Assembly: GCA_965195345.1 (NCBI GenBank)
Contig: OZ239628.1
Location: 544,001 to 608,000, forward strand
DNA length: 64,000 nucleotides
Reading direction: 5' to 3'
From: an uncultured Thiomicrospira sp.
GTDB taxonomy: Bacteria > Pseudomonadota > Gammaproteobacteria > CAKMZV01
Shown here: positions 42,810 through 51,528 of the stretch, piece by piece
Layout: every line of letters starts with the position of its first letter
How positions within the stretch are numbered: position 1 is the stretch's first letter
Program-made: the position numbers and the translations under genes
Notes under the pieces: generated by a model
What the model saw: only the letters and a program-made list of their open reading frames with translations
Database searches by the model: none
What the model was told of the DNA's origin: nothing

Positions 42810-44153
42810 ATGTTTTCATCACTAAGTGAAAGACTACAAGCAAGCATAAAAAAAATTCGTGGACAAGGACGCCTGAGCGAAGAGAATATTCAAGAAACCC
42901 TTCGTGACATACGACGCGCGTTGCTCGAAGCCGACGTTGCAGTACCTGTTGTTAAGCGATTTATTGATTCAATTCGTGAAAAGTATCTGGGGCAAGATGT
43001 TGCGCAGAGCCTAACGCCTGGGCAAGAGCTTATAAAAATTGTACAAGAAGAGCTAACCAGCTTATTGGGGCGTGAATCAATACCACTAAACTTTCGCACG
43101 CAACCGCCAGCTATTATTTTAATTGCGGGGTTACAAGGTGTCGGTAAAACAACAACCGTGGGCAAACTTGCCAAAGAACTTGCAGTGCAACAGAAGAAGA
43201 AAGTTATGGTGGTCAGCGCCGACATTTACCGTCCAGCTGCACGTGATCAGTTAGAAATTTTAGCAGAGCAAGTTGGAGTACGTTATTGCAAAGCAGAGAA
43301 TGCTAGTACACCAGTTGCTATTGCTGAATCAGCTGTGGCAGAAGCGAAGAGGGGTTTGTTTGATGTGCTATTGGTAGATACAGCAGGGCGATTGCATGTA
43401 GATAGTGAAATGATGGATGAGATAAAGTCTATTCATTCTGCGATTCAACCAATAGAAGTTCTATTGGCTACCGATTCACAAGCAGGTCAAGATGCGGTAA
43501 ATAGCGCTGAAGCATTTAATAACGCCTTGCCTTTGACGGGTTTAGTGATGACTAAGGTGGATGGTGATGCCAGAGGCGGTGCTATTTTATCTGTACGCGA
43601 AGTGACTGGCTGCCCAATAAAGTATTTGACTACAGGAGAGCAGCTCGACAAAATTGAAGTCTTTCATCCTAATCGTGTGGCATCACGCATTTTAGGTATG
43701 GGAGACATGATGTCTTTGATCGAAGAAATTGAACGCAAAGTTGAAAAGAAACCAACTGAAAAATTACATAAGGGATTTGGGTTAGTTGAAATGCGCACTC
43801 AATTAAAGCAAATGCTTGACATGGGTGGAGCAAGTTCGTTGATGGGCAAAATTCCTGGAATGGGGAACATGTTAGAGAAGGTTAAGAATCAGGTGGATGA
43901 TCGCAACGTAAAGAGGCAAATTGCCATGATAGATTCAATGACACCTCTTGAGAGACGCGATCCAACAGTCATTCGCCGAACACGTAAAATTCGAATCGCC
44001 ACAGGCTCAGGAACAACTGTACAAATGATTAATCAATTATTAAAGCAATATCAACAGATGAATGGCATGATGAAAAAAATGAAAAACCCTAAGCAAGCAA
44101 AACGCATGCTTGACGGGTTGGGTGGCATGGGTGGAGGTATGCCACGCTTTTAG
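42810..44153 (+). CDS. ffh: signal recognition particle protein
   Basis: ALLEADV, GLQGVGKTTT, DTAGR, TKVDGDARGG, RILGMGD, Met-rich M domain. Confidence 0.98.
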   Translation: MFSSLSERLQASIKKIRGQGRLSEENIQETLRDIRRALLEADVAVPVVKRFIDSIREKYLGQDVAQSLTPGQELIKIVQEELTSLLGRESIPLNFRTQPPAIILIAGLQGVGKTTTVGKLAKELAVQQKKKVMVVSADIYRPAARDQLEILAEQVGVRYCKAENASTPVAIAESAVAEAKRGLFDVLLVDTAGRLHVDSEMMDEIKSIHSAIQPIEVLLATDSQAGQDAVNSAEAFNNALPLTGLVMTKVDGDARGGAILSVREVTGCPIKYLTTGEQLDKIEVFHPNRVASRILGMGDMMSLIEEIERKVEKKPTEKLHKGFGLVEMRTQLKQMLDMGGASSLMGKIPGMGNMLEKVKNQVDDRNVKRQIAMIDSMTPLERRDPTVIRRTRKIRIATGSGTTVQMINQLLKQYQQMNGMMKKMKNPKQAKRMLDGLGGMGGGMPRF

Positions 44154-44197
44154 TCTTTGGCGGTGCCCGTGCAAAAAACACAAGAAAAGGAACACAT

Positions 44198-45283
44198 TTG
44201 AGTGCTAAAAATATTGCGGTTGTTGGAGGAGGTATCAATGGCATTATGATTGCATGGCAACTGTTAAAAGCAGGATGCCATGTTACTATTTATGAACAAG
44301 GTTCCGTCATGCAACAGACCTCCAGCGCATCTTCAAAATTGCTACATGGTGGATTAAGATACATTGAACATTGTCAATTTTCAATGGTGAAAGAGGCGCT
44401 TGCAGAACGTAATTGGTGGATTGAGCAAGCGCCCCATATTGCCCATCCACTTCAATTTTTCATTCCGGTTTATAAATCTTATAAACGCCCTTCATTTTTA
44501 TATTGGTTAGGACTTTTTATCTACGATGCACTTGCAGGCAAACATCGAATCAAACGTTTCAAAAAAATTAATAAAACGATGATGAAAAAACATTGTTCAG
44601 AACTAAAAGAAAACGGATTATGTGGAGGGTTTTCTTATTTTGATGGGCAGATGGACGACTATACATTGGGCATGTGGGCAGTGGATAAAGTCCGCAGTTT
44701 TAAAAACTGCACGATTAAAGAAAACACCGAAGTTAAGAAGATCGAGCTCGATGGACGAGTATGTGGGAGTTATTTTGACAGCTATTTCGATCACATTGTG
44801 AATGCAAGCGGATGCTACGTTGAACATTTATTGACTAAAAGTGGTTTAGACTCCAAGCATTCCATTGATTTAGTGCGTGGTTCGCACATTGTTATTGATC
44901 GTTGTATTACTCAAGCCTATTTTCTCGAGGTTCCAGGTGAAAAACGTATGTTTTTTGTTCTGCCTTATCAAAATAAAACAATGATTGGAACAACCGAAAT
45001 GCGTGTAAAAATAGATGATGCAGTTGTTGCCAGTGAAGAGGAGGTTGACTATCTAATAAAGGCTTTTAACCATTACTTCAAAAAGTCGATAGATCGAGGG
45101 GCAATAAGCGCAATTTTTGCAGGAGTTCGTCCATTGATTAAAAGTACTAAAGATTCAAGTTTAGCAAGCAGAGAATACGCAATTGAACAGCAGGGAAAAA
45201 TCATTAGTGTTTTTGGTGGAAAGTGGACGACTTCTAGGAAATTAGCGCAATTAGTCGCTGATAAAATCGTAACTGGAATTTAA
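44198..45283 (+). CDS. short glycerol-3-phosphate dehydrogenase/oxidase family FAD enzyme
   Basis: VVGGGING, TSSASSKLLHGGLRY, RGSHIV, IGTTE, AGVRPL, GGKWTT; ends without the long GlpD C-terminal domain. Confidence 0.8.
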   Translation: MSAKNIAVVGGGINGIMIAWQLLKAGCHVTIYEQGSVMQQTSSASSKLLHGGLRYIEHCQFSMVKEALAERNWWIEQAPHIAHPLQFFIPVYKSYKRPSFLYWLGLFIYDALAGKHRIKRFKKINKTMMKKHCSELKENGLCGGFSYFDGQMDDYTLGMWAVDKVRSFKNCTIKENTEVKKIELDGRVCGSYFDSYFDHIVNASGCYVEHLLTKSGLDSKHSIDLVRGSHIVIDRCITQAYFLEVPGEKRMFFVLPYQNKTMIGTTEMRVKIDDAVVASEEEVDYLIKAFNHYFKKSIDRGAISAIFAGVRPLIKSTKDSSLASREYAIEQQGKIISVFGGKWTTSRKLAQLVADKIVTGI

Positions 45284-45456
45284 TTATTTAAGAATTCTTA
45301 CGGTTAAAGCCCGCATGATTGGAGAATGATTAGAAACAACTCAATGCGTGATTATCCGTTAAAAAGTAACTATCTATGGTGCATAATAGTAGGGTAACAT
45401 TGCTGTTTAATCAACCGCTTTAATCGATTTTTTTGCTCAACGTAATTAGGAAAGAC

Positions 45457-46629
45457 ATGCATCCAAAATTAGAAAGGACTATTGCAATACTGGGTGACTT
45501 GATTGCATTCCCAACGATATCTTCTGACAGTAATTTGGCGCTAATCACTTATATTGAGAAATTGGTTAAGCCGTTAAATCCAAAAATAAATTTCACCTAC
45601 GATACCAGTCAAGGAAAGGCAAATATTTTGATCAGCTTGCCTGATGAATCAGGGAGTACTCAAGGTGGTATTTTGCTATCTGGGCATACCGATGTGGTGC
45701 CTGTTGATGGGCAAGAATGGAAGCATGAACCTTTTAAAATGACCCAACGCGATGGAAAATTATTTGGGCGAGGCAGTTGCGACATGAAAGGATTTATTGC
45801 CGCATGTTTGGCGATGTTTCCTGATTTTGCCGTATTGATCCGCAAGCAACCGTTGCACATGGCGTTTAGTTTTGATGAAGAAGTGGGCTGTTTGGGTGCT
45901 GGGTTATTAGTGGAAGAAATGCGTCGTCTTGACATTGTGCCTAAAATTGCCATTATTGGTGAACCTACTGATATGCAAGTGATAGAAGGGCATAAAGGGT
46001 GCTATGACTATACAACCTATCTGCATGGATTGGCTGGGCATGGATCGTTACCCCATTTAGGCGTTAGTGCGGTTGAGTACGGAGTGTGTTATGCACATAA
46101 ATTGTTGGCTATGCAGGCTTATTTGGAATCTGCAGCACCCAAAGAAAGTTGTTTTGATCCAGCGCATACCACGTTAATTATTGGTGGAATACGTGGTGGC
46201 GTTGCCCATAATGTCATCGCTGATCATTGCGAAATTGATTGGCAAATGCGCCCCGTTCGTTCAGGGGATGATACTTATGTGCATGAACACATAGATTCGT
46301 ATGCCAAAGAAGAGCTATTGCCCAAAATGCAAGCTGTTTATAAAGACGCATCGATTGAGAAAAAAACATTGAGTGAGGTCGGCGGTTTAGAGCCTATGCC
46401 TGATTCTCAGGCGCGTGAAGTTGTTTGCCAATTAGTTGGTAATGATAAAACAGGTTTTGTATCGTACGGTACTGAAGCAGGGTTGTTTCAAGGGTTGGGT
46501 ACATCCTGCGTGGTTTGCGGTCCGGGATCAATTCGACAAGCACACAAAGCGGATGAGTTTGTCAGTGTTTCTCAGATGGAGCAATGTTTGCAGATGTTGA
46601 GTGCTTTAAAAAATCACCTGAATGCCTGA
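45457..46629 (+). CDS. argE: acetylornithine deacetylase (M20 family)
   Basis: LSGHTDVVP, GRGSCDMKGF, FDEEVGC, IGEPT, YGTEAG, GPGSIRQAHKADE; AGGAAAG RBS before ATG 45457. Confidence 0.88.
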   Translation: MHPKLERTIAILGDLIAFPTISSDSNLALITYIEKLVKPLNPKINFTYDTSQGKANILISLPDESGSTQGGILLSGHTDVVPVDGQEWKHEPFKMTQRDGKLFGRGSCDMKGFIAACLAMFPDFAVLIRKQPLHMAFSFDEEVGCLGAGLLVEEMRRLDIVPKIAIIGEPTDMQVIEGHKGCYDYTTYLHGLAGHGSLPHLGVSAVEYGVCYAHKLLAMQAYLESAAPKESCFDPAHTTLIIGGIRGGVAHNVIADHCEIDWQMRPVRSGDDTYVHEHIDSYAKEELLPKMQAVYKDASIEKKTLSEVGGLEPMPDSQAREVVCQLVGNDKTGFVSYGTEAGLFQGLGTSCVVCGPGSIRQAHKADEFVSVSQMEQCLQMLSALKNHLNA

Positions 46630-47701
46630 ATACGCGCTTTGTTTTGTTGGCGGTGGACCAGCGACGCTTCACTATTTGTCGATGACCCCTCATCTTCACA
46701 AATGGCTCAATTTGGGGCTGGCAATTGTTTGTCCCGAACAACTTGGCTATGGACAAAGCCTCAACTACAACATCCATTCTAATGATCAAGCAAAGACGTT
46801 TATCGAAGGTGTGCAACCTGATTTTATCAAGGTGCTTGATTTCCCTTGGGATACCGATTTGGAATCATCACCTATGTTAGGTGCAGTGGCTTGGCCGATG
46901 TTTCGCAGTATCGGAGAGGAGGTTGCTAAACGTGTTAGCGCATCACCTAAAAGTAAAAAAATTGATGACTCAGTGGAAAGAATCATCATGAATAAGCAAG
47001 GTTTTACATTGCAGTTGGCAACAGGGTCTGAGATTAGGAGTAAAGTGGTTTGTGTGAATACAGGGGCTGGATTGGCTGATTCAATCTTTTCCAACGAGCA
47101 GCTACAAATATTGAATGGGTTGGCTATCAATGTAATCCACAGTGATGTGTTTCAGCGAAATGCTTACGCTGACTACATAATTAAGCAACACAACTTTGCT
47201 ATTATCGGAGCATCGCACAGCGCGATGTCTGCGAGTAAGATGATTAAACGTTTGAATTCTAAAGCGCGTATTGATTTTTTCTATCGGAGTGAACCTAATA
47301 GAAAGAATATTGCGAATCCGTACAAGGCTTGGTTTGATGAAATATTTGCTGGTAAGGTTGAAGGTGTTAGCAATCATTTAATTGAAGATATATCAGCGCT
47401 ATTTCCCCACCTAACACAATTTGATACGGTGGTGGAAGCTGTCGGGTATAAGCGGAATATAATTCCTTTGTACGATGAGAAAAATCAAAAAATAAACAGC
47501 ACTCAAAAGCCCGATATGTACGGTAGGATTCAAGACGATATTGATAATGAATTGAAGGGTTTTTTCGGTTTTGGGTTAATGAGACCTGTGCATGGATTAA
47601 ATCCCAAAACAATTGCACATCATCAGCGAATTGTTGAAGGATTTGGTTTGCTTGCAGAAACCAAAATTATGGATGGATGCTTTTCGGCTATTTTGCGATA
47701 G
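46622..47701 (+). CDS. FAD/NAD(P)-binding oxidoreductase-like protein, unknown function
   Basis: two Rossmann-like motifs FVGGGPA and IIGASHSA, plus VVCVNTGA and VVEAVGY; overlaps argE stop. Confidence 0.65.
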   Translation: MPEYALCFVGGGPATLHYLSMTPHLHKWLNLGLAIVCPEQLGYGQSLNYNIHSNDQAKTFIEGVQPDFIKVLDFPWDTDLESSPMLGAVAWPMFRSIGEEVAKRVSASPKSKKIDDSVERIIMNKQGFTLQLATGSEIRSKVVCVNTGAGLADSIFSNEQLQILNGLAINVIHSDVFQRNAYADYIIKQHNFAIIGASHSAMSASKMIKRLNSKARIDFFYRSEPNRKNIANPYKAWFDEIFAGKVEGVSNHLIEDISALFPHLTQFDTVVEAVGYKRNIIPLYDEKNQKINSTQKPDMYGRIQDDIDNELKGFFGFGLMRPVHGLNPKTIAHHQRIVEGFGLLAETKIMDGCFSAILR

Positions 47702-47716
47702 CATTAGAGCAACGAA

Positions 47717-48364
47717 TCAGACTTCTGCTATTTCAATGATTTCGCTTTCAGCTTTTGCAAGTCGTATCCATTCGCAAACATCATCATCTTTTTGTGTTTT
47801 TTGTATGTAATCATTGACGACATCGCTTACAGGCACATTGTAGGTAACAAAGCGCGTCATTAAAGGGATGAACATGGCATCAGCGATGCTGAACGTTCCA
47901 TATAACCATTCATCCTTATGAGAAAATTGTTGTCTGCATTCAGTGACAATCCACTCGACACGAGCGATTTCTTTTGCGATTTTCTCCGTAATTTCCGCTG
48001 AACGATTTACAGCGCGTAAATTCATAGGCAAATTTTTGCGAATATGGATAAAGCCTGAATGCATTTCGGCGGCTATAGAGCGCGAGTGCGCTCTATAGCG
48101 ACACTCTTTTGGCCAAATATTTGGGTTCTTTTCAGCGATGTGCTCTGCTATGGCAAGAGAGTCCCAGACGGTCACTTCTCCGTCTTTCAATATAGGCACG
48201 TTGCCTGCTTTTGAATAATGGCTTATGTCTTTTTCAAATCCCTCAACAAACAGTGGAATACGCACCTCTTCAAAGAGGATGTTTGATTTGCGCATAACCA
48301 GCCACGCACGCATCGACCAGCTTGAATAATTGCGGTTTCCTATTATGAGTATTGGTTTATTCAT
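47717..48364 (-). CDS. glutathione S-transferase family protein
   Basis: IGNRNYSSWSMRAW, VWDSLAIAE, AEMHSGF, FSIADAMF. Confidence 0.92.
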   Translation of the reverse strand: MNKPILIIGNRNYSSWSMRAWLVMRKSNILFEEVRIPLFVEGFEKDISHYSKAGNVPILKDGEVTVWDSLAIAEHIAEKNPNIWPKECRYRAHSRSIAAEMHSGFIHIRKNLPMNLRAVNRSAEITEKIAKEIARVEWIVTECRQQFSHKDEWLYGTFSIADAMFIPLMTRFVTYNVPVSDVVNDYIQKTQKDDDVCEWIRLAKAESEIIEIAEV

Positions 48365-48932
48365 TATTTTCAATGTCGTTAAAAATTGCTTCTGATAAAA
48401 CTTCGTCTGTGCTTGCTATTTGACAAAATTCATCATTAAGGCTAAGTAAATGGATACGATGAATTTCTTCTGCACTAAATTGATTGCCTTCACTGTCTTT
48501 TCGGTCGAAAGTTGCGGTTGCATCCTCTACCAATACAACGACAAAGCCTAGATTACTCGCCATGCGCACGCTGGTGGAAACACAGTGATCTGTTGTTAAA
48601 CCAACGATGACCAAACGATGAATATTCTGGGTAAGCAAGTATTTCTCTAAATCGGTACCTATAAATGCACTATTGACGTTTTTGCGAAATACCATTTCAC
48701 CTGCCAAGGGTAATGCTTCATTTTTACAGGCATTGCCTGAATGATTTGGGTGTAAAGGTGAATTTTCCAACGTGGAATCGTGGTGGACGTGTATAACCTC
48801 ATTACCATTGCTGCGCCAGAATGCCAATAAACGCGCAATATTTATTTCAGCATCGAGGTTATTGCGCCGACCGAAGGTCTCTTTGGAAAACCCTTGCTGA
48901 ACATCAATAACTAATAGTGCTGCAGAGTACAT
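48357..48932 (-). CDS. isochorismatase-like cysteine hydrolase
   Basis: LLVIDVQQGF, KNVNSAFIGT, GLTTDHCVSTS, DATATF. Confidence 0.92.
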   Translation of the reverse strand: MYSAALLVIDVQQGFSKETFGRRNNLDAEINIARLLAFWRSNGNEVIHVHHDSTLENSPLHPNHSGNACKNEALPLAGEMVFRKNVNSAFIGTDLEKYLLTQNIHRLVIVGLTTDHCVSTSVRMASNLGFVVVLVEDATATFDRKDSEGNQFSAEEIHRIHLLSLNDEFCQIASTDEVLSEAIFNDIENNE

Positions 48933-49322
48933 AATTCGCTTAATTTATATGCTTGTAATTAGTGGATTTAAGAGATCAGAATCTTAAAGTTTGAACTTTA
49001 TAATTTGCCCTTATCAGAGCTTTGGGTGATTATCAGAATAACCAAAATCCTCGTTGACGCATTATAGACTACTTTGTGTATACGTACGTTGAGGTCATTT
49101 AAGAAGTTTATCAACGATCGATTGCTGATTGATAACCCCCATTCTACTTAAATAATGCGTGTTGTCTGCTTCCACTCTTGATGCTGCTTTAAAGGCTATG
49201 AGTGCTCGTATTCCCTTATAGTCCACAGGCTATGTTACCCTAGTGGCTTTTGTCAAACAATAGTGTAAAATGATTAAATCTCATCCAAATGATGGTGCTC
49301 ATTTTGGGGGAAGGTCAATATC

Positions 49323-49445
49323 AATGACCGTGTTGATGAAGAGAGGAGTTTGGAAGGCGCGATTGAAGGTTGGCAACAATCTTGAATCGCATTAAAACAA
49401 TAAACCAAGAAACTACTCGAGAGCTTGGAGGAATTGGGATATTAA
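49323..49445 (+). pseudogene. hsdM: decayed 3' end of type I R-M methyltransferase (HsdM-like)
   Basis: Manual translation NDRVDEERSLEGAIEGWQQS*IALKQ*TKKLLESLEELGY* resembles the HsdM C-terminal helix; both stops are one C>T change from CGA/CAA; ends 15 nt before the CD-NTase. Confidence 0.55.
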
Positions 49446-49460
49446 ATGGAGATATAAATT

Positions 49461-50411
49461 ATGAATTATCAAGAAAAACTCACGCAACTCTACAGAAGGA
49501 AAAATAATATTACAACTTCTACCTTTTCAGAATCAGTTGACTCTCTAACGCAAAGCAACATAAATGAAAATAAAGCACTGAAATATATTCGTAAAGCAAT
49601 GGAAGAAGTAGAAGATAACTATAGAAGAAAAACAATCGAAGCTGCAGTTAAAGTTGGTAATCACTTAAAAGAATTTAACTGCGAATTTAGATTACAGGGT
49701 TCTGTTACTACTCAAACAGAAATAACGCAAAGCAGTGATGTTGACCTAGTGGTTATTACAGATAAAGCTGTAACTATAGCGAAAGGATTAAGAAACGATA
49801 ATCCATATCAAGGCAACTTAACTGAAGATTTAAGAGTACTTAGATGTCAATGTGAGGAAAAACTCCGTAATATATATCAAGACGTTAAAATCAATGGCTC
49901 CAAATCCATTGAAGTCTACTTAACTAACCCTAAGAGGAAGGTAGATGTTGTAGTTGCAAACTGGTACAAAACGTATCATTTCAATCAAACTTCTATCGAA
50001 CATGACAAAGGAATCTATCTGTATGATAAAAAACAAGACGAACGTATTGGACCAGATTTTCCATTTTTAAGATCATACAAAATTAAGTATCACCAAAACA
50101 GAGAGAAAATCAGAAAGATGGTTCGATTTATGAAAAATTTTCGAGCAGATTTTGAAATACAAAATCTTACCAGTTTTCAAATTAATTGCATTGCATACGA
50201 CTTACCTTATGCTTTGTATTATTCCAATGAGGAAATTGAGTGGCTCAAAGAACTACTGGACTATTTGCCAGAGCAAGGTTATCACCAGGAAATTGATTCT
50301 CCGTGTAAAAAGGAAAAAGTACGAATTAATCATAACCCAACACTAGAGAAAGTATTAAGTAAACTCATCGAAGATGCGAGTTACATAGCATATGAAGACG
50401 CTATTTTTTAA
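49461..50411 (+). CDS. CBASS cyclic dinucleotide synthase (CD-NTase, CdnE-like)
   Basis: FRLQGSV..QTEI...SDVDLVV (GS + DxD), GSKSIEV, RKVDVVVA (third Asp), KGIYLYDK, KMVRFMKN, LTSFQI..IAY; GGAGA RBS; adjacent TIR-STING gene. Confidence 0.9.
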   Translation: MNYQEKLTQLYRRKNNITTSTFSESVDSLTQSNINENKALKYIRKAMEEVEDNYRRKTIEAAVKVGNHLKEFNCEFRLQGSVTTQTEITQSSDVDLVVITDKAVTIAKGLRNDNPYQGNLTEDLRVLRCQCEEKLRNIYQDVKINGSKSIEVYLTNPKRKVDVVVANWYKTYHFNQTSIEHDKGIYLYDKKQDERIGPDFPFLRSYKIKYHQNREKIRKMVRFMKNFRADFEIQNLTSFQINCIAYDLPYALYYSNEEIEWLKELLDYLPEQGYHQEIDSPCKKEKVRINHNPTLEKVLSKLIEDASYIAYEDAIF

Positions 50412-51321
50412 TGAAAAAATAATGAACACAAAAAATGAAAAAATAATGAATACAAAAAATGAAAAAATAATGAATACAAAAAATGAAAAAATAATGAATA
50501 CAAAAAATGAAAAAAAGAAAATTTTTATTGGCTCTTCAAGTGAGGCCTTACAACACTTACAAGATATTAGAAAAAAACTTGAAAATGACTTTGAAGTAAT
50601 AGCATGGAATGATCCAGGAGTATATTCACTAAACAATCAATCCTTTCTTGATTCATTGATTAAACAGTCATATTTAGTTGATTTTGCCATATTTATAGCG
50701 GCTTCCGACGATATAACTCAAAGTAGAGGAAAAGAACAAAAATCAACTAGAGATAATGTGATTTTTGAGTTTGGTATGTTTTTACAATCTCTTGGTAAAG
50801 ACAGGTGTTTTATGTTAGTAGAGAGTGACAGCAGGGTTCTTTCAGATATGACTGGTATCACAATTAAAAAATTTTCAGACCCAATATCGCTTGACCACAC
50901 AATACATGAACTAAAAAATAATTTATTGCAAAGGAAGAAACATATACCGTCTCTGGTGACTACAGGATTAGCCTACGGTTACTATAAGAACTTTATTAAA
51001 AAACTTGCTGAGTGCGAAAAGTGTACAGCATTAACTATCCATTTAGGAAGAATATCTTTTAATCCGAAAGAATATAAAAAATATCAATCTGATGATTTTC
51101 CTGTCAGGCAAGCATTTCACAAATCAAATGATTGCGGCAGTTTTGTTGATTACCCAACTACATTAGAAGTAATAGATGATATTATTAATGATAAAAGTGA
51201 ATTGAGTGAAGATGAAAAAGAGCGCTATAGAAAAAGGGAGATAGGAAATTTTCAATTAGTGATTGAACGTAGAATGGAAAACGAAAGTTTTAAAAGCAAA
51301 GTTAACTTTTTATGCAGTTAA
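50392..51321 (+). CDS. cap12: CBASS effector Cap12-type TIR-STING
   Basis: TIR: KIFIGSSSE, LDSLIKQ..VDFAI, DDITQSRG, RDNVIFEFGMF (catalytic Glu), SDMTGIT; STING-like: TGLAYGYYKNFIK, VDYPTTL, KREIGNF; true start may be ATG 50422/50446/50470/50494. Confidence 0.88.
   Translation: MKTLFFNEKIMNTKNEKIMNTKNEKIMNTKNEKIMNTKNEKKKIFIGSSSEALQHLQDIRKKLENDFEVIAWNDPGVYSLNNQSFLDSLIKQSYLVDFAIFIAASDDITQSRGKEQKSTRDNVIFEFGMFLQSLGKDRCFMLVESDSRVLSDMTGITIKKFSDPISLDHTIHELKNNLLQRKKHIPSLVTTGLAYGYYKNFIKKLAECEKCTALTIHLGRISFNPKEYKKYQSDDFPVRQAFHKSNDCGSFVDYPTTLEVIDDIINDKSELSEDEKERYRKREIGNFQLVIERRMENESFKSKVNFLCS
50410..50515 (+). repeat. 24-bp tandem repeat, 4 full copies plus 10-bp partial
   Basis: unit AATGAAAAAATAATGAA(C/T)ACAAAA at 50410, 50434, 50458, 50482 and partial at 50506; encodes (NEKIMNTK)n in the effector frame. 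Confidence 0.95.
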
Positions 51322-51331
51322 CAGAGAAATA

Positions 51332-51472
51332 AAAAGGTCGCGCATCGTGAAATTTGATGAGGTAGTAGCACAGCAAATATCAAAAAGAAGTAGTTCAACA
51401 GCAGATGATAGCTTCCGTCACATTGGGTTAGAGCATTTGGATTTAGGCAGCATTAATCGTCAAATAATCTAA
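51332..51472 (+). pseudogene. hsdS: truncated 5' end of type I R-M specificity subunit (HsdS-like)
   Basis: RIVKFDEVVAQQISKR......FRHIGLEHLDLGS resembles the HsdS TRD start (W..VKFGDVV.....YIGLEHLD.GS); terminates after about 45 codons. Confidence 0.6.
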
Positions 51473-51528
51473 TACGGACTGCGTAGAGCAATCTATAAAA
51501 GATTGCCGGACGTTCGGTGTGTATGCTT

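Noticed and set aside
48933-49322. Integrase, IS or att site explaining CBASS insertion
   Set aside because: No recognisable ORF, tRNA, terminal inverted repeat or flanking direct repeat was found by eye.
50410-50515. Tandem repeat as a CRISPR array
   Set aside because: Units are head-to-tail with no unique spacers, and no cas genes are present; it is a VNTR.
50355-50636. 93-aa minus-strand ORF with (FFVFIIFS)n hydrophobic repeats
   Set aside because: Antisense shadow of the A-rich repeat and the TIR gene; no independent support.
51263-51472. 69-aa ORF as an intact third CBASS gene
   Set aside because: Its 5' part overlaps the effector out of frame, and its 3' part is better explained as an hsdS remnant.
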